Shown here piece after piece: positions 41,106-49,045 of a DNA stretch of 64,000 nt. The notes beneath the pieces were generated by a model. That model saw only the letters and a program-made list of their open reading frames with translations, made no database searches and was not told where the DNA came from. Source of the DNA: Gammaproteobacteria bacterium (lineage in GTDB: Bacteria > Pseudomonadota > Gammaproteobacteria > CBDBBL01); contig CBDBBL010000018.1 of assembly GCA_965203125.1 (NCBI GenBank), positions 162,885 to 226,884 on the forward strand, given 5' to 3'. Numbering within the stretch: position 1 is the first letter of the stretch; each line of letters opens with the position of its first letter. The translations under genes were made by a program, and so were the position numbers.

Positions 41106-42508
41106 TTTTCAGGATGCTTTTTAGGCCGCTGCCAGTTGTCGATTTGCTTTTGCTTACTACGAGTCAGTGCAAGATTGTTTTCTTCAACTGATTGAGTGAT
41201 GACAGAGCCTGCACCGATAGTGCTGTTTTTTTTCAAGGTGATAGGTGCGACGAGTGCACTGTTAGAGCCGACAAAAACTTGATCTTCAATGACAGTTTGA
41301 TGTTTATGTGCGCCATCATAGTTGCAGGTAATCGTGCCCGCACCAATGTTTACTTTTTCTCCAATGGTAGCGTTGCCTAGATAAGCTAGATGATTGGCTT
41401 TGCTGTGAGCGCCCAGTGTGGTTTGCTTGGTTTCTACAAAGTTGCCAATTTTTACTGATTCTTTTAAGTGTGTGTTAGGGCGAATGCGTGCAAAAGGCCC
41501 GACTTCACAATGACTTTCTATGACAGAATCTTCAATGATAGAGAAAGGGTGGATAGTAACATGGTCGCCAATCTGGCTGTTTCTGATGATGCTGTTAGCA
41601 CCAACTTGGCAGTGTGAGCCAATCTGAGTGTTACCGATTAAGATGACGTTGATGTCTAGCATGCTATCTTGCGCTATCTGAATATTGCCTCGAATATCGA
41701 TACGGGTAGGGTCTTGGATGGTGACACCATGGCTCAACCAGTGTTGAGCTTGCGTGCGTTGATAGTGGCGTTCAAGTTCAATCAATTGTTCTCGTGTGTT
41801 GATGCCTTTGACTTCGTGTTGATCTGGGCATGAATAGCTAAATACAGCGGTGTGTTGGGCCGAAAGTGCAATGATATCGGTGAGGTAGTATTCTTGTTGT
41901 GCATTTTGCTTGCTTAAGTTGGGTAGCCATTGCTGTAGTTGTGTTGCAGGGGCGGTAATGATGCCAGTATTGATTTCTTTAATTTCTTTTTGTGCTGTGT
42001 TGGCATCTTTTTCTTCAATAATTGCAGTGATGCAGCTTGCTTTGTTATGGGTTTGGTTGCGGATGATGCGGCCAAATCCTGTGGGTGTATCAACATGGGC
42101 TGTGATTAAGCCAGTGGCTTGATGGTTGCTTGGTTCAGTCGCTATGTTGAGTAGTGCTTGTAGGGTATCAGTGGTGATCAGTGGCATGTCACCAACTAGA
42201 ATTAATACTCGATGATGTGGTGGTATGTGAGGTAATGCTTGTTGTACTGCATGTCCAGTGCCAAGTTGTTGTGCTTGATGAACCCATGTGATGTTAGCTT
42301 GGGTGATTGCTTTTTTTAATTTTGCACCATTATCACCATGGACGATAAACAGATGTTTGCTGAGTGTTTTTGCGGTGTCAACAATGTGCGCGAGCATTGG
42401 TTTTCCTGCTAGCTTGTGTAATACTTTTGGTGTGTCAGATTTCATGCGGGTACCCTGCCCCGCAGCGAGAATGACAATGCTTAGGAACTGTCCATTAATA
42501 ACTTTCAC
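41102..42508 (-). CDS. glmU: Bifunctional GlmU (UDP-GlcNAc pyrophosphorylase / GlcN-1-P acetyltransferase)
   Basis: 468 aa; N-terminal VILAAGQGTRMKSDTPKVLHKLAGKPM (compare E. coli [28 protein letters not shown]); C-terminal left-handed beta-helix hexapeptide repeats. The first 8 codons from the GTG start lie within the terminal IR of MITE copy E. Confidence 0.9.
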   Translation of the reverse strand: MKVINGQFLSIVILAAGQGTRMKSDTPKVLHKLAGKPMLAHIVDTAKTLSKHLFIVHGDNGAKLKKAITQANITWVHQAQQLGTGHAVQQALPHIPPHHRVLILVGDMPLITTDTLQALLNIATEPSNHQATGLITAHVDTPTGFGRIIRNQTHNKASCITAIIEEKDANTAQKEIKEINTGIITAPATQLQQWLPNLSKQNAQQEYYLTDIIALSAQHTAVFSYSCPDQHEVKGINTREQLIELERHYQRTQAQHWLSHGVTIQDPTRIDIRGNIQIAQDSMLDINVILIGNTQIGSHCQVGANSIIRNSQIGDHVTIHPFSIIEDSVIESHCEVGPFARIRPNTHLKESVKIGNFVETKQTTLGAHSKANHLAYLGNATIGEKVNIGAGTITCNYDGAHKHQTVIEDQVFVGSNSALVAPITLKKNSTIGAGSVITQSVEENNLALTRSKQKQIDNWQRPKKHPEK

Positions 42509-42660
42509 AGCTGATCACCTATAATAAATTCACTGTCAAATTTTTTGCAATCGAAAAATCCGCGCAATAGCTTGCTATTACTGTGGTTTTTCTCAATTAA
42601 AAAATTTAAAATTAAATTCATTTTATGCGCCAGTTGCAAAAGTTATTAATGGACAGTTCC
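42484..42660. repeat. MITE-like repeat, family 1 (copy E), with 20-bp terminal inverted repeats, overlapping the glmU start
   Basis: GGAACTGTCCATTAATAACT (42484-42503) and its reverse complement (42641-42660); interior about 90% identical to the reverse complement of 8166-8338. Confidence 0.6.
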
Positions 42661-42665
42661 TTAAG

Positions 42666-43529
42666 TCAGATGCTTGAGCCAATGGATTCTCCCATTTTAA
42701 TTGCCTGTTCACACGTTATAGTGGAATCAAACTGAATAGCATCTTTTTGCCATAAGCATACTGTAGTTGATCCGAGTAAGAATTGTCCCATTTCCTCACC
42801 TTTTTGCAAAGTGATTGCTTGGGATGCTTCTTTGTAATCCCAGGTTTGCATTTGCTTTTTATGCCCATATCCTTCACGAATGAGTCCGTGCCAAGGCACT
42901 TTAATACTAGCAACAATCATGGCGCCAACTAAAATTACAACAAAGGTATGTTGCCCATTATCAAATTCGCAAATTAAACGCTCATTGCGTGCAAATAAAT
43001 TGGGAACATGTCTTGCAGTTGCATGATTCACTGAAAACAATTTCCCAGGAACGTAAGTCATTTTTTTCAGTGTGCCAGTTTCTGGCATATGGACTCGATG
43101 ATAATCTTTTGGAGATAAATAGGTGGTCATGAAGTGACCGCCTAGAAATTTTTCACTTAAGAGTTTATCGTTTCCAAGTAGTGCATTGAGTGTAAAATGT
43201 TGGGCTTTGGCTTGAATCAGTGTGTCGTGATCAATGGAGCCAAACTGGCTGATCTCGCCATCAGCAACACTGACAACACTTCCAGTTTGACTGTCAATAG
43301 GGCGTGCTTCAGGCTTCAGCTGACGAGTGAAGAAATCATTGAAACAGGCATGCTCAGTTGCTTCACTAACCAGTGCTTCGCTCAGATCAATTTTGTAGCG
43401 TTGTTTAAATGAGAGGATGAAGTTATTTTTTAGCCATGGTTGTTCGCTACGAGCCAGTTTTCCCATTAGCCAAGTAATCAGGCGTTGCGGTAAAATGTAT
43501 TGAAGCGCAATAAAACATACTGTTCTCAT
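42666..43529 (-). CDS. psd: Phosphatidylserine decarboxylase proenzyme
   Basis: 287 aa; TTYLSPKDYHRVHMP, PGKLFSVNH, NLFARNERLICEFD and LGSTTV (self-cleavage region) collinear with E. coli Psd. Confidence 0.9.
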   Translation of the reverse strand: MRTVCFIALQYILPQRLITWLMGKLARSEQPWLKNNFILSFKQRYKIDLSEALVSEATEHACFNDFFTRQLKPEARPIDSQTGSVVSVADGEISQFGSIDHDTLIQAKAQHFTLNALLGNDKLLSEKFLGGHFMTTYLSPKDYHRVHMPETGTLKKMTYVPGKLFSVNHATARHVPNLFARNERLICEFDNGQHTFVVILVGAMIVASIKVPWHGLIREGYGHKKQMQTWDYKEASQAITLQKGEEMGQFLLGSTTVCLWQKDAIQFDSTITCEQAIKMGESIGSSI

Positions 43530-43619
43530 AAATTAACATCCCTTATCATCTTCTCGCTGATTGAGAAGATATGTTATATGATTATCCTTGTCCCCGAGAA
43601 ATTGCGAGCATATTTTAGC

Positions 43620-44714
43620 ATGAGTGCAGATGGAATGGAAACTTATTTAGTGGGTGGAGCGGTGAGAGATGAATTGCTTGAGCTACCTGTGAAAGAGCGA
43701 GACTGGGTTGTGGTAGGTAGTGATCCTGCACAGATGATTCAGCAGGGGTATCGCTTGATTGGAAAAGATTTTCCAGTTTTCTTGCACCCTAAAACTCAAG
43801 AGGAATATGCGTTGGCGCGTACAGAGCGTAAGACTTCTCATGGGTATCGAGGGTTCCAGGTGTATGCCGATCAAACAGTAACCTTAGCTGAAGATTTATC
43901 ACGTCGTGACTTAACTATTAATGCGATTGCAAAAGATCAGTATGGACAGCTTATTGATCCTTTTGAGGGAGTAGCTGATCTTAAGCGTAAAAGATTACGT
44001 CATGTTTCTTCTCGTTTTAGTGAGGATCCAGTGAGAATTTTGCGTTTAGCGCGATTTGCAGCGATGTTGCCTGATTTTTCGATAGATGATGAAACATTAG
44101 CTCTGGCAGATTCAATGATTAAGTCAGGTGAGGTTGATGCTCTGGTAGCAGAAAGAGTATGGCAGGAGTGGTATAAGGCACTGGCTATGCCAGCGCCGTG
44201 GCGATTTTTTGAGGTGTTGACGGCTTGTGGGGCGTTGTCTAGGTTAATGCCTGAGTTAAGTTCGCAGATTGATTGGCGGGCAGTGCTGGGTGGTACCACA
44301 AGTGCTGATGATCGTTTTGTTGTGTTAGCAAGCTTGTTAGCTGTCGATCAAATTAAAGCGTTATGCCAACGATTTCGAGTGCCAATCAAACTGACGAAGT
44401 TGGCAAGGTCTGTAGGTCTGGCACAACAGAAACACATGACTATGCAAGCAGAAGTTGTTGAATGGTTGCATCTATTTAATCAATTTTCTGTGTTGAGAGG
44501 GCATGATAATTTCATGACGATGATGCATTTATTGCAATGGAGTGATGAATTGCAAGCCTTGGCAGATGTTTTGTTATTGGCGTATTGCTCGACTGATGTG
44601 AAGAAAATTGTAGCGACAGGTCTGTTGGGAAAAGAGTTACAGCAAGCGATTCTGCAAGCTAGAACACTTAATGTTCAATCTGCCCTAAATTTGCATCGAT
44701 TACAGCACCATTAA
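43620..44714 (+). CDS. cca: CCA-adding tRNA nucleotidyltransferase
   Basis: Start MSADGMETYLVGGAVRDELL (class II nucleotidyltransferase head GGAVRD...RDLTINA); the listed ORF start at 43500 overlaps psd and is rejected. Confidence 0.85.
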   Translation: MSADGMETYLVGGAVRDELLELPVKERDWVVVGSDPAQMIQQGYRLIGKDFPVFLHPKTQEEYALARTERKTSHGYRGFQVYADQTVTLAEDLSRRDLTINAIAKDQYGQLIDPFEGVADLKRKRLRHVSSRFSEDPVRILRLARFAAMLPDFSIDDETLALADSMIKSGEVDALVAERVWQEWYKALAMPAPWRFFEVLTACGALSRLMPELSSQIDWRAVLGGTTSADDRFVVLASLLAVDQIKALCQRFRVPIKLTKLARSVGLAQQKHMTMQAEVVEWLHLFNQFSVLRGHDNFMTMMHLLQWSDELQALADVLLLAYCSTDVKKIVATGLLGKELQQAILQARTLNVQSALNLHRLQHH

Positions 44715-45390
44715 TCACTGGGTTGGTCGCGCAAAAATATAAGCACTTGGCAATTTCTTGTGGTGTGATCAGACGTTGTTGGGTGACACGTTGTTTGATT
44801 TCTTCCAAGCGTGATTGATCATTGCCCATATGTGAGATTAATAGTTCAGTTTCAGTAAAGCCAGGGCAAATACAGGCAGTATGAATGCTGGGATATTTGA
44901 TCAAATCTTGACAGGTGGCGCGCATTTGCCCCAGCGTCGCATGCTTGTTGATAATATAATTTGCTGCGCCTGCAATCGCTTTGTGCGATAAGGTTGAGCC
45001 AACATATAATAAGCTAGATGCTTTCCCCATGTGGTCAATCACGGTTTGATTGAGCAGTGCGGGTGCAATCAAGTTGGCATGTAAGCTATCTGCCATTTGT
45101 GACGCATCTGTTTCAAAGCTGTGATTGCTGTAATAATGGTGTGCGTTATGAATCAAACAAATTTGTTGATTAGGTGTGGCTGATAGCTTTTCCTTTAGGG
45201 TGTTTATGGCGGCATTGATTTGCATGGTGCTGGTAAAGTCAACGCTAACGTTAACTACTGAGCTTTTGAACTGAGGTGGTGAGCAAGCTGAGCGGGAAAG
45301 ATTGATTACTTGCCAGTCTTTCGTCAAAAAATGCTGTGCCGTTGCCAAGCCAATACCGCGGCTGGCACCTGTAATGATGAGTGTTTTCAT
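44668..45390 (-). CDS. Short-chain dehydrogenase/reductase (SDR) family oxidoreductase
   Basis: Start MKTLIITGASRGIGLA (TGxxxGIG NAD(P)-binding motif); about 240 aa; ATGA start/stop overlap with the upstream PTPS-like gene. Confidence 0.7.
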   Translation of the reverse strand: MKTLIITGASRGIGLATAQHFLTKDWQVINLSRSACSPPQFKSSVVNVSVDFTSTMQINAAINTLKEKLSATPNQQICLIHNAHHYYSNHSFETDASQMADSLHANLIAPALLNQTVIDHMGKASSLLYVGSTLSHKAIAGAANYIINKHATLGQMRATCQDLIKYPSIHTACICPGFTETELLISHMGNDQSRLEEIKQRVTQQRLITPQEIAKCLYFCATNPVINGAVIDANLGQIEH

Positions 45391-45884
45391 GATAACTGTT
45401 TCCATTGAGAGTTGCCGCTTTGTCCTGGTCCAGAAAAGATGCTGATATCGATTTGTTGTACGCTATCATCTTGAGTTTGCGAGTCTTGTGAAATCTGCAA
45501 AGTAAACCACCGTGCGAGTTCTTCAACCGTGATATTGCGTATCGGCAGTAATTTGACATCTTTATTGAGAAATGGGATGACTTCATGGTTGAAATGTACA
45601 TAGCAGTGAGATGATGTTTGTTCAATTTGTGTGTGAGGTGAGTTTTCTGCAAGTAATGTGTATTCGTTTAAAAACTTGCAAAGCTCAATGAGTCGTCTTT
45701 TGTAATACTTGTAATTAAAGGTCATACCATTATCATCGATGCCAGCGGTTATTTGGCAACGTACAGTGTAATTATGTCCATGTAGGCGTTCGCGTTCAGT
45801 CGCAGAGAAGATCGTAAAATGAGCAACAGAGAATTTCATAGCTTCTTTTTGCAGCTCAATGGTTGTCGTATTATTCGATGTCAT
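45387..45884 (-). CDS. 6-pyruvoyl-tetrahydropterin synthase / QueD-family protein
   Basis: 165 aa; ERERLHGHNYTV (zinc-binding HGH motif) and overall PTPS-like size. Confidence 0.6.
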   Translation of the reverse strand: MTSNNTTTIELQKEAMKFSVAHFTIFSATERERLHGHNYTVRCQITAGIDDNGMTFNYKYYKRRLIELCKFLNEYTLLAENSPHTQIEQTSSHCYVHFNHEVIPFLNKDVKLLPIRNITVEELARWFTLQISQDSQTQDDSVQQIDISIFSGPGQSGNSQWKQLS

Positions 45885-47023
45885 AATAAATGTCTCAGAT
45901 CATGAGTGGCATTGAGGGTTAATTCGGACAGGTTTTTTGTTAATACCATTGCTTTAAATTTCTCCCCCATTTGATCGGGGAAGATAAGTTGTTTAATGGA
46001 CTGTTGATGATTGTAGGTTTCGATGGTGGTTGAGTCAATTGCGCCTTGATTGATTTCATCTGTGATGCCGCAGTCGAGCAAAAAATGCCCTTGTGTTTGA
46101 TAGCTGGCAACTTGCATGTCAACTGCCAGTGCTGCCTCAGCAACTGCAGTAAAGTTGACAAAGCAAGTGAGGTCTTGTTGTCCAGGGATTGCCAGTAAAT
46201 CATCGTGTGCTTTATGTTGGTAGTGAGCAAGTGCAGTTCCCGAGTGGCGTTCTGGTGCATAAAAGCTTGCTTGCTCAAAGCCGTAGTCAATCAATATGAC
46301 CAGTCCACTGTTGAGCATGTGACTGATGGCTGCAACCCATGGAGCTATGTGAGTGTGAATTTCAGTGTGATAGGGTGACTCAATGGGTTGATGCAGGGTT
46401 GCGGTGATTGTGTTTAATTGTTTTTGCAACTGAGTATCAAGTGGCTGTGTGCTCCACTTCAGATGATCTTTCTCGATTTGTACTACTTTTTCTTTCCACT
46501 GTGATTGTTGATGGGTGATAAGATGAAAAGGTAGGGCATCTAGCACTTCATTGGCGAGTACAATGCCATCAAATTGCTCTGGAAGTGTATCAATCCAGCT
46601 AACAAGCTTGAGCAGTTGGGGTGCGCGATTCTGTAACTGCTTTTGTTGTTGTTGGCGTAAAAATGGGCTGAGTTCCATAATGTAATAATGCGTTGGTAAG
46701 CTTTGTTGTTGTTCTAAGTAAAGTAATAAATCAGTTGCCATGGTTCCCAGGCCAGCTCCGAATTCTAGTATCTTCAAGTGATTGGAGTGGCTTGTTTGTT
46801 TGTGGTCACATAAAGCGTGTTGTTTGATGATGAAGCGAGCGAGTGATTGAGAGAATGTAGGGGATATTTCAGGTGCGGTTGTGAAGTGGCCTTCTTGACC
46901 AATGGGTAGGGCGCCATTGCTATAAAACCCGAGGGTTGGATGATAGAGTGCGGTTTCCATAAAAGTCGAAAAACTAATGCGCTGGTTACCATAGGTTTGG
47001 TAGAGGTGATTTTGTATTGTCAT
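45881..47023 (-). CDS. Class I SAM-dependent methyltransferase, MidA/NDUFAF7-like (COG1565/DUF185)
   Basis: 380 aa; FMETALYHPTLGFYS...GHFTTAPEIS...ILEFGAGLGTMA pattern typical of this family. Confidence 0.65.
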   Translation of the reverse strand: MTIQNHLYQTYGNQRISFSTFMETALYHPTLGFYSNGALPIGQEGHFTTAPEISPTFSQSLARFIIKQHALCDHKQTSHSNHLKILEFGAGLGTMATDLLLYLEQQQSLPTHYYIMELSPFLRQQQQKQLQNRAPQLLKLVSWIDTLPEQFDGIVLANEVLDALPFHLITHQQSQWKEKVVQIEKDHLKWSTQPLDTQLQKQLNTITATLHQPIESPYHTEIHTHIAPWVAAISHMLNSGLVILIDYGFEQASFYAPERHSGTALAHYQHKAHDDLLAIPGQQDLTCFVNFTAVAEAALAVDMQVASYQTQGHFLLDCGITDEINQGAIDSTTIETYNHQQSIKQLIFPDQMGEKFKAMVLTKNLSELTLNATHDLRHLL

Positions 47024-47033
47024 GATGGTTTCA

Positions 47034-47193
47034 TACCCAAATCACATGAAGACACCAAGCTTTAACGGCATGAGTTCGGCAGAATGCAAATCTAAAAATT
47101 CTCGCAATAGCGGTGCTATTGCTCCATCTTTTAAATCTGATTCTGCTCAAACTCATTATGTTAAGGCCTCGGTGTCTTCATGTGGTTTGGGCA
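47034..47193. repeat. MITE-like repeat, family 3 (copy F)
   Basis: Inverted repeats TACCCAAATCACATGAAGACACC / GGTGTCTTCATGTGGTTTGGG; interior nearly identical to copy D (24685-24850). Confidence 0.6.
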
Positions 47194-47281
47194 TATCATA
47201 ACAAAATGGAGGCTTAAAAAATAGTTGACCCTCGTGGTGGTGTGCGTAAAATTGGATTTGAATTTAGTTGGGGGTGCGTTT

Positions 47282-47404
47282 ATGCGTATACTGTTTGTCT
47301 TGTTGGTTTCAGTTTCGATGTTGCTTTTGGTTGGTTGTGGTCGTACAGGTGGGCTATATCTCCCTAAGAACTCTACGCAAAGTAAAGTGATGGTTGGTTC
47401 ATGA
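47282..47404 (+). CDS. Small lipoprotein, LptM/YifL-like (40 aa)
   Basis: MRILFVLLVSVSMLLLVGCGRTGGLYLPK...: lipobox LVGC followed by the GxxGxLYLP motif of this family; ATGA overlap with the next gene. Below the 60-aa ORF-track cutoff. Confidence 0.45.
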   Translation: MRILFVLLVSVSMLLLVGCGRTGGLYLPKNSTQSKVMVGS

Positions 47405-48135
47405 TGCAATGCTTTCTCTTGATTTTCTTGCTTATGAGTATGGTTGTGGTTAGAGCGAGTCATTTACCAGCTGCGTGGAAAGGGTCGACGCTTGGTTTTT
47501 CAGGTGAGCTGGATACTGGCGCATCAAAAAACCGTCAGCTGGAGGTTGATCTTGATTTACAGCAGCAAGAAAAGCAGTGGCAGAATTTCTTGGATTTTAG
47601 CTTTAACATTGCCAATAATGGAGAGCAGCTGACCAAGAAATCTTATCAGACTAAGGGGCAGTCACGTTATCTGCTTGGGCAAAAAATGGAGAACTATCTG
47701 TATGGTCGAGCAGATTTATTGTCAGATCGTTTTAGTGCCTTTGATTATACGCTTCTCACTGCTCTAGGTGCTGGTCGTGCTTTATATCAAAATAAAGAAA
47801 AAGGGATTGAGTGGACAGCTCAATTTGGTTTGGGGGTAAGGCGTACGAAAACAATACAAACTAATGTGATAGAGAATAATTCTGTTCTTGATTTTGATAC
47901 TGCGCTGAACTGGCAGGTGAATCAAGTTGCGAAGTTGAGTCAAACGGTGAGTGTTGATGTTGGTAAGCCAGCAACCTATACAGAAGCTACCACAGCCCTG
48001 ACTACGCAACTAATGCAAAGCTTGTCCGTGCAGTTTTCTTTTCAATTTGAGCACTACAGTAGTCAGCCACCTGAGATTACCAATACTTTCCTGACGAATA
48101 CAGTAACTAAAGTGGCATTGGTCTATAATATCTGA
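47401..48135 (+). CDS. Putative outer-membrane beta-barrel protein (DUF481-like)
   Basis: 244 aa; signal peptide; alternating-hydrophobic beta-strand pattern to the C-terminus (VALVYNI). Confidence 0.45.
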   Translation: MMQCFLLIFLLMSMVVVRASHLPAAWKGSTLGFSGELDTGASKNRQLEVDLDLQQQEKQWQNFLDFSFNIANNGEQLTKKSYQTKGQSRYLLGQKMENYLYGRADLLSDRFSAFDYTLLTALGAGRALYQNKEKGIEWTAQFGLGVRRTKTIQTNVIENNSVLDFDTALNWQVNQVAKLSQTVSVDVGKPATYTEATTALTTQLMQSLSVQFSFQFEHYSSQPPEITNTFLTNTVTKVALVYNI

Positions 48136-48284
48136 CCAGGCATGCTTGCGTATCGATTCTTTTCGCTATAAAGTGTCGCCCCGAGCTGTGTTCATCATGA
48201 TTGGGCGCGAGGTCTTTATTCAGGATGATGTTGAGCAAATAGAGAGGCCTGCTGATACAGGGCTTCTAAAATTGGAGTTAGCTT

Positions 48285-48674
48285 ATGAATAACAAAGTAA
48301 CGACAGAGTATATGGGTGCGGAGCAGAAAGCATATTTCGAAAAGATGCTGTTGGAAAAGCGCCAGCAGTTGATGGAAGACGTTGATCTTACGGTTAAAGA
48401 TATGAAAGATGGTGAGACGGCTTTGCCTGATCCTATTGATCGTGCTGCCGTTGAAGAAGAATTCCGTGTTGAATTGCGAAAAAGAGATCGTGAACGTAAG
48501 TTGTTAAAAAATATTGATGCGGCGTTGAAGCGAATTATAGCGGATGATTTTGGGTATTGTGAGCTGTGTGGTGCTGATATTGGTGTCAAGCGTTTAGAGG
48601 CGCGTCCGACAGCGACGCAGTGTATTGATTGCAAAACGTTTGATGAGCAAAAAGAAAAGAAAGAGCGAGTGTGA
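48285..48674 (+). CDS. dksA: RNA polymerase-binding transcription factor DksA
   Basis: 129 aa; coiled-coil with the conserved acidic tip region and a C4 zinc finger (CELCGADI...CIDCK). Confidence 0.85.
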   Translation: MNNKVTTEYMGAEQKAYFEKMLLEKRQQLMEDVDLTVKDMKDGETALPDPIDRAAVEEEFRVELRKRDRERKLLKNIDAALKRIIADDFGYCELCGADIGVKRLEARPTATQCIDCKTFDEQKEKKERV

Positions 48675-48755
48675 AATTTAGTTTTGTTGGTGTGTGTTGA
48701 AAAAACCAAGTATTATTGTTAGTATGCTCGCGTAATTTTTGTATAGAGGTTCCCT

Positions 48756-48968
48756 ATGTGTAAAAGAATATATCCAGCAGTCATTTTATTTTTGGCAGTG
48801 TTGCTTGCTTTTTTAGGTGTTGTTCTTCCACACCATCTAGCACCGAGTCTAATGGTGGTTGGGCGCTTCCTTGATTTAATGTTGCCTGTTCTAGCAATTG
48901 GTGCACTGTTGAAGTACATTTTTTGTGGGCATCATAAGCATTGTGAGAAATCTTGTCACAAAGACTGA
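48756..48968 (+). CDS. Hypothetical small membrane protein with Cys/His-rich tail
   Basis: 70 aa; two hydrophobic segments, C-terminus FCGHHKHCEKSCHKD. Confidence 0.25.
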   Translation: MCKRIYPAVILFLAVLLAFLGVVLPHHLAPSLMVVGRFLDLMLPVLAIGALLKYIFCGHHKHCEKSCHKD

Positions 48969-49045
48969 TAGGGCTTTAGTTTTTCATATGCCTCAGTGTT
49001 TATGGATGATTTGAGCTGAGGCTTGAGTTTTATAGGGGTGCTCTT

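Noticed and set aside
43500-43619. Upstream extension of the cca ORF (MKRNKTYCSHK...)
   Set aside because: Overlaps the psd coding region on the other strand; the conserved CCA-enzyme N-terminus begins at the later Met.
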